Shown: positions 26,086 through 36,020 of the stretch, in pieces
Layout of the letters: each line of letters starts with the position of its first letter
Position numbering within the stretch: the stretch's first letter is position 1
Source of the DNA: an uncultured Alphaproteobacteria bacterium
Lineage (GTDB): Bacteria; Pseudomonadota; Alphaproteobacteria; HIMB59; GCA-002718135
DNA length: 64,000 bases
Reading direction: 5' to 3'
Assembly (NCBI GenBank): GCA_902584805.1
Contig: CACIBE010000002.1
Span: 67,409 to 131,408 of the forward strand
Notes under the pieces: generated by a model
The model's database searches: none
Told to the model about the DNA's origin: nothing
Seen by the model: the letters and a program-made list of their open reading frames with translations, nothing else
Translations under genes and position numbers: made by a program

Positions 26086-28533
26086 CTATATTTTTGTAAA
26101 ATTATTTTCAGGATCATGCAATGGATTAAATTGAACGGACATAACATATTTATTTTTAGCAACTTCAACTTCAAAATTGCTGCCATTTAATTTTTTTAAA
26201 TCTATTTCTGAGTCTATATATCCAAAGACCATATTTTTATTGTAATAAAATGAATAATTGCTTGAAGTTGTTTCTCCCACAATCTTATTTTTATAATAAA
26301 TAGGCTCATCATGTAATAAGAGTGGATTTCCTGGAGTAGATTTTTCTAAAACAAAATTTGTTAGTTGTTTCTTCTTAATTCTATTTTTTGTTTTTAAAGC
26401 TTCTTTACCTATAAAATCTGATTTTTTATTTAATTTAACAGTAAATTCTAATCCAGCTTCAAATGGGTTTTCAGCTGGTGAAATATCATGACCCCAATGT
26501 AAATATCCTTTTTCCATTCTCATAATATCAAGTGCATGAGCGCCAGCATGCGAAAGGTTATAGTTTTCTCCAACTTTAACTAACTTTAAATAAATTTCTC
26601 TGGATATATTTATAGGAACATAAATTTCCCAACCAAGTTCACCAACAAAAGATAATCTTTGGAAGATTAATTTATTATTTTTCAATGATATTTCTTTAGC
26701 AGTTCCAAATTTAAACTTGTCGTTTGAAAAATGTTCTCCAAATATTTCCGTTAGAATTTTTCTACTTTTAGGACCAAAAACACCAAAACAAGCTAAACTT
26801 TCAGTGCTATCAATTAAAGTTGTGTTTTTACTTAGATTTTCTGAAATATGTTTTTTATCATGTTCTCTCACAGATGAACCCGTCACAATACGAAAAGAAT
26901 CTTTATCAATACAAGTAACTGTTAAATCAGCAACAATGCCACCATTTGAATTGAGCATCTGAGTATAAGTTATATCACCGGGATTATTTTTAATATTATT
27001 ACAGCATATTCGTTGAAGATCGTTGAAGGCAGTATCTCCCTTAATTTCAAATTTTGCAAAGGCACTTAAGTCAAATAAACCAACATTTTTTCTTGTGTTT
27101 GTTGTTTCATATTTTGCTGCATCATACCAATTTTGATAGCCATAACTGTAATCATATTCTGGTTTCTTACCATTTAGAGCATACCACATTGGTCTTTCAA
27201 AGCCCGCCACTTGACCAAAACATGCACCTTTTTTTTTCAAATCATTATGAAAAGGAAGCATTTTAATATTTCTTGAAGATTTATGTTGTTTGTAAGGCCA
27301 GTGCATTGCATATAAATCTCCTAATGATTCAGTAACTCTCTCAGTTATAAATTTTGTCTCAGAGTGAAATTTTTCAAATCTTGAAATATCTAAGGAGTAA
27401 AGATCTTCATTAACCTCACCGTTCATCATCCATTCTGCAGTTACTTTACCAGCACCACCAGCACTCTGAATACCAATACTATTAAATCCACAACAAACAT
27501 AAAAGTTTTTTACTTCTGGTGTTTCTCCTAATAGATAATTTGTATCTGGAGTAAAAGCTTCAGGACCGTTAAAGAATTTTCTTATACCTACATTTTCAAG
27601 GGCTGGTATTCTTTTCATAGCATTTTTTAAATGTGGTTCAAAATGATCAAAATCTTCAGGTAGTTCTCCAAAAGAAAAATCATTGGGCACTTTATACGTA
27701 TCAGTAAATGCAGGTTTAGCTTTAGGCTCAAAAATTCCTACTAAAATTTTTCCAGCATCCTCTTTTAGATATAAGCAATTATTGTAATCTCTAAGAACTG
27801 GAAGTGATTTAGAAATTTCTTTTAATGGTTCACTTAATATATAGAAGTGTTCATTTGGATATAGCGGTATACTAACGTTAATTTCATTTGCTATCTGCCT
27901 TGACCACATTCCAGATGCTAGAACAATATACTCACATTTAATTTTTCCATGTTTTGTATCTACACCTTCTATTGATCCATTTTTAGTAAGGATTTTATTT
28001 ACAGAACAATGTTCAAATATTTTTGCACCATGCATTTTTGCCGATTTAGCAAGAACATTTGTTATACCAACAGGATCTGCTTGACCATCTTTTGGAATAA
28101 ATATTCCACCAACAACATCATCAGTATTTATAAGAGAATAAATATCCTTAATCTGATTTTTTTCTAATTCATTAACTTCTATATTAAATCTTTGAGCAAA
28201 AGTAGCTTGTCTCTTTAATTCTTCTAATCGATCATTAGTTGTTGCAATAGTTAAAGAGCCGTTTTGCTTTAAACCTGTTGCTATTCCTGTTTCTTTTTCC
28301 AGGTCTTTATATAAATTTAACGAATAATTTCTAAGTTTTGTAATGGTTGCTGATGCACCAATCTGACCAATCAGTCCTGCTGCATGCCAAGTAGTTCCAG
28401 AAGTTAATTGATCTCTTTCTAGCAAGATCACATCTTTCCATCCAAATTTTGCTAAATGATAAGCTACAGAACATCCAGCTATACCACCACCTATTACAAC
28501 TACTTTAACAGAAGTGGGAATTTCATTACTCAT
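26086..28533 (-). CDS. FAD-dependent oxidoreductase fused to a GcvT-type aminomethyltransferase domain (dimethylglycine/sarcosine dehydrogenase-like)
   Basis: N-terminal dinucleotide fold VVVIGGGIAGCSVAYHLAK. 815 aa. C-terminal folate-binding GcvT-like region (GLFDLSAFAKFEIKG, YAGAHALDIMRMEKG). Confidence 0.85.
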   Translation of the reverse strand: MSNEIPTSVKVVVIGGGIAGCSVAYHLAKFGWKDVILLERDQLTSGTTWHAAGLIGQIGASATITKLRNYSLNLYKDLEKETGIATGLKQNGSLTIATTNDRLEELKRQATFAQRFNIEVNELEKNQIKDIYSLINTDDVVGGIFIPKDGQADPVGITNVLAKSAKMHGAKIFEHCSVNKILTKNGSIEGVDTKHGKIKCEYIVLASGMWSRQIANEINVSIPLYPNEHFYILSEPLKEISKSLPVLRDYNNCLYLKEDAGKILVGIFEPKAKPAFTDTYKVPNDFSFGELPEDFDHFEPHLKNAMKRIPALENVGIRKFFNGPEAFTPDTNYLLGETPEVKNFYVCCGFNSIGIQSAGGAGKVTAEWMMNGEVNEDLYSLDISRFEKFHSETKFITERVTESLGDLYAMHWPYKQHKSSRNIKMLPFHNDLKKKGACFGQVAGFERPMWYALNGKKPEYDYSYGYQNWYDAAKYETTNTRKNVGLFDLSAFAKFEIKGDTAFNDLQRICCNNIKNNPGDITYTQMLNSNGGIVADLTVTCIDKDSFRIVTGSSVREHDKKHISENLSKNTTLIDSTESLACFGVFGPKSRKILTEIFGEHFSNDKFKFGTAKEISLKNNKLIFQRLSFVGELGWEIYVPINISREIYLKLVKVGENYNLSHAGAHALDIMRMEKGYLHWGHDISPAENPFEAGLEFTVKLNKKSDFIGKEALKTKNRIKKKQLTNFVLEKSTPGNPLLLHDEPIYYKNKIVGETTSSNYSFYYNKNMVFGYIDSEIDLKKLNGSNFEVEVAKNKYVMSVQFNPLHDPENNFTKI

Positions 28534-28541
28534 TTGTAATA

Positions 28542-29546
28542 TTATAGATAAAGATTTTCAGTATGGGTTTCAAAATAAAAATCTAGATCTTCTATATTTA
28601 TTTCATCTATTTTTGATGGTTCCCAAATAGGATTATGATCTTTTGAAATTAGCACAGAATTTACACCGTTATCAAAGTCACTACGGTATACTATTTTTTG
28701 ACTTAATTGAAATTCAGTTTCTAAACATTCTTTTAACGATTTACCTTTTGCATCATCTATAAGTTTAGTGCTTATCGCAAGACTCATTGGACATTTAACT
28801 AAAAGAATATCTAAAATTTTCTTTGAAAACTCTGAATTATGACTTTTTAAATTTGATATGATTGTTTTAATATTTCCATTGAATAATTCATTTATTAATT
28901 TCATATTTTTAATTAGATACGTATCATTCTCTACTTCAAAATTATCGTGTAAAATTTCTCCTCTTATAATAAATTTTTCTTTAACATCTTCTATTTTATT
29001 ACTTTTAAAGTAATGTGTTGCTAATCCAAAAAAAATTAATTCATTTAAGCCTAAAACCTCACCTGTTAAACCAATATACTTACCAATATTACCTGGAAGA
29101 TTTGATAAAAAATAACTTCCTCCAACATCTGGAAAAAAACCAATGGCAGATTCTGGCATTGCAAATTTTGAATTGTCTGTTGCCAATCTATGATCACCAT
29201 AGATAGATAAACCAACGCCACCTCCCATTACCACACCATTCCAAACTGAGACAAATTCTTTACTAAATTGGCTTATTAAATAATTAAGTTTATACTCAAC
29301 TTTAAAAAAATCATTTTTTAAAGAGTTTTCTTTTCCAGCAAGAACAAGAGATTTTACATCCCCTCCTGCACAAAAATGCTTACCTTCTCCAACTAACAAT
29401 ACTCTTAAGATATTATCTTTTTCTTCCCATTCTAATAATTTGTCATGGAATTTTTTTGCCATTTCTAAATTGAGAGCATTTAAAGCTTTAGGACGATTTA
29501 GTTTAATGATTCCAGTTTGGTTAGTTTCTAAAAATACAATATCCAT
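28542..29546 (-). CDS. 3-hydroxyisobutyryl-CoA hydrolase (enoyl-CoA hydratase/isomerase family, ECH_2 type)
   Basis: LNRPKALNAL, FCAGGDV, GVVMGGGVGLS, AMPESAIGFFPDVGGSYFL, plus the long C-terminal extension typical of HIBCH. Confidence 0.8.
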   Translation of the reverse strand: MDIVFLETNQTGIIKLNRPKALNALNLEMAKKFHDKLLEWEEKDNILRVLLVGEGKHFCAGGDVKSLVLAGKENSLKNDFFKVEYKLNYLISQFSKEFVSVWNGVVMGGGVGLSIYGDHRLATDNSKFAMPESAIGFFPDVGGSYFLSNLPGNIGKYIGLTGEVLGLNELIFFGLATHYFKSNKIEDVKEKFIIRGEILHDNFEVENDTYLIKNMKLINELFNGNIKTIISNLKSHNSEFSKKILDILLVKCPMSLAISTKLIDDAKGKSLKECLETEFQLSQKIVYRSDFDNGVNSVLISKDHNPIWEPSKIDEINIEDLDFYFETHTENLYL

Positions 29547-31600
29547 TAATTCTTTTTAAACTGCAAAACTTTATTAGAAAGACCCACTTCTTTTGCCTTT
29601 AATCTATTGATTTCATCTCGTAATCTTGCTGCATCTTCAAATTCAAGTTTTGAAGCAAATTCATTCATTTTTTTCTCTAAATTTTTAATATGTTTATTAA
29701 GGTCCTTACCAACTAATTCTTTAGCATTATCAATTTCAACTGTAACATGATCTTGTTCAGCTGTATTCTCAATTATTTCTTGAATATTCTTTTTAATACT
29801 GATTGGCGTAATTTTATTTATTTTATTATATTCTAGTTGTTTAGTTCGCCTTCTATCTGTCTCTTCGATTGCTTCTTTCATACTAGTGGTAATGTTATCA
29901 GCATACATTAAGACTTTACTCTCAACATTTCTTGCAGCTCTACCAATAGTCTGAATTAAACTAGTTCTAGAACGAAGGTAACCTTCCTTATCAGCATCTA
30001 ATATGGCCATTAAAGCACATTCAGGAATATCTAAACCTTCTCTTAGAAGATTTATTCCTACTAAAACATTAAAAACTCCAAGTCTTAGATCTCTAATAAT
30101 TTCTATTCTTTCTAATGTATCGATATCAGAGTGAAGATACCTTACCTTTAATCCTTCTTCATTAATATATTCAGTAAGATCTTCGGCCATTTTTTTTGTA
30201 AGTGTTGTGACTAGAACACGATGACCTTTATCTATAGTCTTTTTACATTCATCAATTAAGTTATCAATTTGATGTTTAGTTGGCCTTATCTCAATAGGTG
30301 GATCAATTAAACCTGTTGGTCTAATTACTTGCTCAACAAAGGTACCACCTGTCTTTTCAAGTTCATAATCTCCTGGTGTTGCACTTACAAATATAGTTTG
30401 TGGACGCATTGCGTCCCATTCTTCTCTTTTTAAAGGTCTGTTATCAACACAACTTGGTAATCTAAAACCATATTGAGATAAAGTTGATTTTCTAGAAAAA
30501 TCACCTTTGTACATACCTGCTATTTGACCGCATGTCTGATGGCTTTCATCTATAAACAATAAAGAGTCTTCTGGAATATATTCATAAAGTGTAGGAGGGG
30601 GCTCCCCCGGCTTTCTTCCTGACAAATATCTAGAATAATTTTCAATACCACTACAACTTCCAGTTGTTTCCATCATTTCTAAGTCGAATGTAGTTCTCTC
30701 ATCTAACCTTTGTCTTTCTAAGTATTTTTTTTCTTTTTCAAAAATTTTTAATTGTTTCTTTAGATCATTTTTAATCATGGTAATTGCTTTTTTTATAGTT
30801 GGCTTAGGAGTTACATAATGAGAGTTTGCAAAGATTCTTATTTGTTCAAGTTCCCCAAGCTTCTCTCCAGTAAGTGGGTCCACTTGCGTAATACTCTCTA
30901 TATCATCTCCAAACATAGAAATTTTCCAAGAAATATCTTCATAGTGAGAAGGGAAAATTTCTAAAATATCTCCCTTAGCTCTAAAGCTACCTCTTCTAAA
31001 GTCCATGTCACGACGTTTGTATAAAAGTTCTACCAACTTTCTGATAATTATCTCTCTACTTATCGATTGATTTTTATCTAAAGTAAAAGACATTGAAGAA
31101 TAAGCATCAACTGATCCAATACCATAAATACAAGAAACTGATGCTACTATGATTGTATCTCTTCTTTCCACTAAAGATCTAGTAGCTGAATGTCTTAGAC
31201 GATCAATTTGTTCGTTTATTGAAGATTCTTTTTCAATATATGTATCCGTCCTTGGTACATATGCTTCTGGAGTGTAATAATCATAATAACTGACAAAATA
31301 TTCAACAGCATTATTTGGAAACAAATTTTTCATTTCGCCATAAAGTTGTGCCGCTAATGTTTTGTTTGGAGCCATTATCAAAGTAGGTTTCTGGACTTTT
31401 TCAATTACTTTAGCCATTGTAAATGTCTTACCTGATCCAGTGACACCTAAAAGAACTTGTTCTTGTTCTCCTTCATTTAGACTTTTAACAATACTTTTAA
31501 TTGCTTCAGGCTGATCACCACTTGGATTAAAATCACTCACAATTTTAAAAGGTGTTGTGATTTCGGAAGAGAGATGATGTTTTTTTTCTGCTTTATTCAT
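29546..31600 (-). CDS. uvrB: Excinuclease ABC subunit B
   Basis: GDQPEAI, Walker A GVTGSGKTFT, YYDYYTPEAY, RKPGEPPPTL, helicase motifs, and C-terminal UVR domain FEDAARLRDEI. I prefer the ATG at 31600; the track start at 31618 is also possible. Confidence 0.95.
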   Translation of the reverse strand: MNKAEKKHHLSSEITTPFKIVSDFNPSGDQPEAIKSIVKSLNEGEQEQVLLGVTGSGKTFTMAKVIEKVQKPTLIMAPNKTLAAQLYGEMKNLFPNNAVEYFVSYYDYYTPEAYVPRTDTYIEKESSINEQIDRLRHSATRSLVERRDTIIVASVSCIYGIGSVDAYSSMSFTLDKNQSISREIIIRKLVELLYKRRDMDFRRGSFRAKGDILEIFPSHYEDISWKISMFGDDIESITQVDPLTGEKLGELEQIRIFANSHYVTPKPTIKKAITMIKNDLKKQLKIFEKEKKYLERQRLDERTTFDLEMMETTGSCSGIENYSRYLSGRKPGEPPPTLYEYIPEDSLLFIDESHQTCGQIAGMYKGDFSRKSTLSQYGFRLPSCVDNRPLKREEWDAMRPQTIFVSATPGDYELEKTGGTFVEQVIRPTGLIDPPIEIRPTKHQIDNLIDECKKTIDKGHRVLVTTLTKKMAEDLTEYINEEGLKVRYLHSDIDTLERIEIIRDLRLGVFNVLVGINLLREGLDIPECALMAILDADKEGYLRSRTSLIQTIGRAARNVESKVLMYADNITTSMKEAIEETDRRRTKQLEYNKINKITPISIKKNIQEIIENTAEQDHVTVEIDNAKELVGKDLNKHIKNLEKKMNEFASKLEFEDAARLRDEINRLKAKEVGLSNKVLQFKKN

Positions 31601-32822
31601 TAATTCTAATATAATCATTTAGATAATTGTACTTTTCTAAAAAACTACCATCTGTTGTTATTGTTCCATTTAATATTCTTCCATCATCTTCTTTTAATAA
31701 AAAAGGAAGAACTTCGTTGATAATACCTTCACTAAATTCTGTACTTGAATCCCGTGGTAATTCAGATGGTAAATTATCAACTGCCATAACAGCAATTCCA
31801 TCATTATTTTCATCTATTTCTTTTAAATTATATCTTTCAATCCAATAATTTGGCTCCTCAATTGTTGTTGATCGTATTGTAGTTGGGATAGAGCCATTAA
31901 TATCACAAGTAATATCGCCAACAATTTTTAGATTTTGTAAATCTTTTAAGTCTTCATTCTCAAATATTTTTGGAGAAGATGGGTCCCAGTAATGTGCGCT
32001 TATAAGTATATTAGTTTCTTTTAAATATTGTAATGCAGAACTCGAATAATCTTGAGGATTATTAATAAAATGCTCAAGGTTAAAATTAGTTGAAGAATTA
32101 TTTGTAACATAATCTTTAGTTTCCAAATTACAAAAAATAGGCTGGTCAAATTTTTTTTCCAAAAAGTCTTTTTTTGATACTGCTTTAATGTTTGTTTGAT
32201 TCAAAAGTTCAATTACTCCTTTCGCAACTCTACCATCACCAGTAACTAGAATTTTAGTTTTAGGAAAATATAAATTTTTTAAATTTAATACCAATCTCTC
32301 ATAATCATCAATTTTATAGGCACTAGCAAGAGATTGTTTTCCAATCACTCTAAGTAATAAATTTAATGTATTATAACAGCCAACAATACCTGCAAATCTT
32401 CCAAAACCTAAACATCTTGTACCATTTTTACCTCTGATATTTTCATAATCAATCAATGTAATTTTTTTATTTAAAATTGATAAGAGTAGGTCTTTCTTAT
32501 GTTTTTCAATATTTTTTTTTTGTTTATTAATTTTAAAAGTGTGAGAAAAAAAAAGATATGTCCTATTATTAATTAAAATATTTGGATCAATTTCTTTAAC
32601 TCCGAATATGATCGAGCATTCATTTAAATTTTCATTAATTTTAGCACCACATAATTCATATTCTTCATCAGAAAAACATCTGCTATTTGATGGCTGAATA
32701 ATGAAATTAATATTCGGATTGCTTTCTTTGTATTTTTTAATATGCTCTGGGACTAGAGGAGTTCTATTTTCATCATTTCTAGACTCTCTAACAATACCAA
32801 TATTGATTAATTGATTATCCAT
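31593..32822 (-). CDS. Lysine-ketoglutarate reductase-type saccharopine dehydrogenase (AlaDH/PNT-fold, LKR-like)
   Basis: IGIVRESRNDENRTPLVPEHIKK, IIQPSNSRCFSDEEY, FFSHTFK, LIDYENI and RCLGFGRFAGIVG parallel the LKR half of eukaryotic AASS and LYS1-type enzymes. Confidence 0.7.
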   Translation of the reverse strand: MDNQLINIGIVRESRNDENRTPLVPEHIKKYKESNPNINFIIQPSNSRCFSDEEYELCGAKINENLNECSIIFGVKEIDPNILINNRTYLFFSHTFKINKQKKNIEKHKKDLLLSILNKKITLIDYENIRGKNGTRCLGFGRFAGIVGCYNTLNLLLRVIGKQSLASAYKIDDYERLVLNLKNLYFPKTKILVTGDGRVAKGVIELLNQTNIKAVSKKDFLEKKFDQPIFCNLETKDYVTNNSSTNFNLEHFINNPQDYSSSALQYLKETNILISAHYWDPSSPKIFENEDLKDLQNLKIVGDITCDINGSIPTTIRSTTIEEPNYWIERYNLKEIDENNDGIAVMAVDNLPSELPRDSSTEFSEGIINEVLPFLLKEDDGRILNGTITTDGSFLEKYNYLNDYIRINE

Positions 32823-33942
32823 TCTCTTGTTGGATATTAATTTTATAATCTTTTAAAATTTTAAAAAAATACATTATGTCTTCTGTTTTATGTGGTGCAG
32901 TTTTAACACCAGACTCAATTTTATTATCCATAATTAGATCAATCGCAGCTGATAAAGTAATCGATACAAGTTTGCCCATTGCAGTATTTTCACCACTTCC
33001 TTTTTCATCTAGAAAATAAGAACTATCGAAAATTTTATTATCATTTTCAAAAGCTTTAAGTTTTACAGAAAGTACAACGCGATCTTCTTCCTCAGGTAAA
33101 TATTTATTATCTTTTAATAATTCTTCACTTTTTTTATTGATTTCAACTTCTATATTATCTGATCTATTTTCAAGCATTAAAAAAATATCTTTCCATGCCT
33201 CTTTCCAACCATCAAGTCGCAAAGTTCCTCTTACGAACTCTTTGACTTTCCATTTCTCATCAAACAAGTATTCACTTACATATGGTGTTGAATCTCTGTT
33301 TGGATAAGCTTCAAAATTTTCACCAGATATTGAATAAGAACTAATAGATTTGTAAGGAGTTACAGTATTTATTTTACCTTTTGTTATATATTTTGCATCA
33401 TTGTTTAAGGCTTTGATTACTCCAGCTGGAGACCAACTAAATTTATATTTGAAATCATTTGGAATTGCTGGAAAACCTCCACAATATGATTCATATACTA
33501 CTTCTGTTTTTTCAGTCGAAATTTTTTTAAGATCATTGACAAGTAAATGAGAAAAAAAATGATCGATACCTGGATCTAAACCAACCTCATTGATAAATAC
33601 TAAATTTTCTTTTTTTACATTTGAATTTAACATATTTATTTCTGGATTAAGGTAACTAGTAGATGCAAAATTACATTTATGTTTTAAACAAAGTTTAGCT
33701 ATTTCTAAATGTTTGTTTGCTGGTAGTTGAGAAATAACAATATCACCTGGATTTGTTTCGTTAAATAATAAATCAATATCAAACTGTTTTGCATTCACAT
33801 TGTTTTTATCTACATGGTCAATGCTCTTTATAGCTTTGTCTAATGTTCTATTCCATACTGTAAAATTATCTAAATTTTTAGCTAATCTTCTAATTCCTGG
33901 TATAGAAGATAATCCTGTTCCTATCCAATGTACATGTTTCAT
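32815..33942 (-). CDS. Saccharopine dehydrogenase (Sacchrp_dh NADP-binding plus C-terminal domain, SDH-like)
   Basis: HWIGTGLSS N-terminal Rossmann fold, NEVGLDPGIDH motif, YSCGGFPAP-like CGGFPAIPN, FSWSPAGVI. It overlaps the LKR-like gene by 8 nt. Confidence 0.7.
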   Translation of the reverse strand: MKHVHWIGTGLSSIPGIRRLAKNLDNFTVWNRTLDKAIKSIDHVDKNNVNAKQFDIDLLFNETNPGDIVISQLPANKHLEIAKLCLKHKCNFASTSYLNPEINMLNSNVKKENLVFINEVGLDPGIDHFFSHLLVNDLKKISTEKTEVVYESYCGGFPAIPNDFKYKFSWSPAGVIKALNNDAKYITKGKINTVTPYKSISSYSISGENFEAYPNRDSTPYVSEYLFDEKWKVKEFVRGTLRLDGWKEAWKDIFLMLENRSDNIEVEINKKSEELLKDNKYLPEEEDRVVLSVKLKAFENDNKIFDSSYFLDEKGSGENTAMGKLVSITLSAAIDLIMDNKIESGVKTAPHKTEDIMYFFKILKDYKINIQQENG

Positions 33943-34007
33943 AGTCTTATTTACTTTTATATTAAATTGTTTACTACATTAATAAAACTTAAAATACGGT
34001 AATTTAT

Positions 34008-34817
34008 TTGACTTCAATAGTATTTATTTTTTTATTAACAGGTCTTGTCTCTGGTTTTATTGCAGGATTATTAGGAGTTGGAGGTGGAATAATAATTGTA
34101 CCTGTAACTTACTTTATTTTACTTAATCTTGGTTACAGCTCTGAAATTGTCATGCATGTTGCTGTAGCATCTTCTCTTGGTGTAATTTGTTTTACTTCAA
34201 TTTCTTCTATAAAATCCCATGTTAAACTTAAAAATACAAATTTGATAATTGTAAAAAAATGGGCAATTGGAATAATAATAGGATCAATTGTAGGTTCACT
34301 TGCAGCAAGTGCTATTTCAGGACAGAGTTTAGTTATTCTTTTTGTAATTCTGGCATTTTTGATTTCATTAAATATGCTGTTTCAACAAAGCCCAATTGTT
34401 GTAAGCAACGATATACCATCGTCAAATATAATTAATTTTTTAATAAGTTCTTCTATTGGGTTTTTATCTGCAACAATTGGTATAGGTGGTGGAAGTTTTA
34501 TTGTTCCAGCTTTAACAATGTTTTCAAAAAAGATTCATCAAGCAGTTGGTACTTCTGCTGTTTTTGGTTTTTTAATTGCTTTTCCAGGAACACTTACATT
34601 TATGTATACTGGGTCAAATATAAATGAACTTCCCATTTATTCTCTTGGTTACGTAAATATTATAATAGTTTTTTTTATATCACTAACTAGTATATTTACT
34701 GCTGGAATTGGTGCAAAAGTTTCATCAAATATAGATAAGTTAGTATTAAGAAAGATTTTTGCTATTTTTTTGTTGTTAACTTGTGCTAGTCTAATTATTG
34801 AACATTTTATAATTTAA
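34008..34817 (+). CDS. TauE/SafE-family (DUF81) anion exporter
   Basis: 269 aa, about 8 TM helices, repeated G-rich motifs GLLGVGGGIIIVP and IGIGGGSFIVP. TTG start. Confidence 0.75.
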   Translation: MTSIVFIFLLTGLVSGFIAGLLGVGGGIIIVPVTYFILLNLGYSSEIVMHVAVASSLGVICFTSISSIKSHVKLKNTNLIIVKKWAIGIIIGSIVGSLAASAISGQSLVILFVILAFLISLNMLFQQSPIVVSNDIPSSNIINFLISSSIGFLSATIGIGGGSFIVPALTMFSKKIHQAVGTSAVFGFLIAFPGTLTFMYTGSNINELPIYSLGYVNIIIVFFISLTSIFTAGIGAKVSSNIDKLVLRKIFAIFLLLTCASLIIEHFII

Positions 34818-36020
34818 ATGAATTTTGTTGCAGATAGACTAAGTAAAATAAAACCTTCAATGACTGTAGGTATAAATATCAAAGCCAAGGCTTTGAAGGA
34901 CGAAGGTAAGGATGTAATTGTTCTTGCAGCAGGTGAACCAGATTTTAACACACCAAAAAATATAAGAGATGCAGCTAGTAAAGCGATGGAAGAGGGTAAA
35001 ACCAAATATGTACCAGGTAAAGGTACACCAGAATTACAAAAAGCAATTCAGAAAAAATTTAGAGAAGATAATAATATTGATTATCAATTAGATGAAATCA
35101 TATGTGGTGTTGGAGGCAAACACATTATCTATAATGCTATGATGGCAACAATTAATCCAGGAGATGAGGTCATTATAACAGCCCCTTTTTGGGTTAGTTA
35201 TCCAGATATTGTTTTATTAGCAGAAGGGGACCCTGTGATAGTTGAGTGCCCTCAATCACAAAATTTTAAAATTACACCAGAACAATTAGAAAAAAATATA
35301 AACTCTAAAACAAAATGGTTAATGTTGAATAGTCCAAGTAATCCAACTGGATCAGTTTATTCAAAAAAAGAGCTTGAAGACTTAGCACTTATCTTAAAAA
35401 AGTATCCTAATGTTCTTATAATGTGTGATGATATATACGAAAAAATTGTTTACGATGGAGTAGAGTTTCACACTCTTGCTTCTATTGAACCATCACTGAA
35501 AGATAGATGTTTGACACTAAACGGTGTTTCAAAATCATATTGTATGACAGGATGGAGACTTGGATATTGTGGTGCTCCAAAAGAGATTATTGCTGCCATG
35601 AACAAAATACAATCACAAAGCACAACATCAACTTCTTCAATCACAATGGCTGCTGCAGTTGAAGCTATTAGCGGTCCGCAGGATTTTATAAACGAGAATA
35701 ATAAAAAATTTTTAAAACGCAGAGATCTAGTATTGAACAAATTAAATGATATTGATGGAATTACATGTCAAAAACCAGAAGGAGCTTTCTACGTTTATCC
35801 AAATTGTGAGGGCATAATTGGAAAAAAGACACCAAATGGAAAACATATCTCCAATGATGAAGATTTCATGACATATCTCTTAGAAGATCAAGGTGTAGCA
35901 GGAGTTCATGGTGCAGCATTTGGGTTATCGCCTTATTTTAGATTATCTTATGCAACTAGTGATGCAATTCTAGAAGATGCCTGCAACAGAATAAAAGAAG
36001 CTTGCAATAAGCTTACTTAA
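34818..36020 (+). CDS. aspC: Aspartate/aromatic aminotransferase, class I PLP enzyme
   Basis: LAAGEPDFNTP, NSPSNPTG, and PLP-lysine motif GVSKSYCMTGWRLGY. Length is 400 aa. Confidence 0.85.
   Translation: MNFVADRLSKIKPSMTVGINIKAKALKDEGKDVIVLAAGEPDFNTPKNIRDAASKAMEEGKTKYVPGKGTPELQKAIQKKFREDNNIDYQLDEIICGVGGKHIIYNAMMATINPGDEVIITAPFWVSYPDIVLLAEGDPVIVECPQSQNFKITPEQLEKNINSKTKWLMLNSPSNPTGSVYSKKELEDLALILKKYPNVLIMCDDIYEKIVYDGVEFHTLASIEPSLKDRCLTLNGVSKSYCMTGWRLGYCGAPKEIIAAMNKIQSQSTTSTSSITMAAAVEAISGPQDFINENNKKFLKRRDLVLNKLNDIDGITCQKPEGAFYVYPNCEGIIGKKTPNGKHISNDEDFMTYLLEDQGVAGVHGAAFGLSPYFRLSYATSDAILEDACNRIKEACNKLT

Noticed and set aside
30597-30608. GC-rich quasi-palindrome GGGGGCTCCCCC inside uvrB
   Set aside because: It encodes the conserved GEPPP segment of UvrB. 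It would form only a 5-bp stem with a 2-nt loop, which is sterically poor. Coding constraint explains it.
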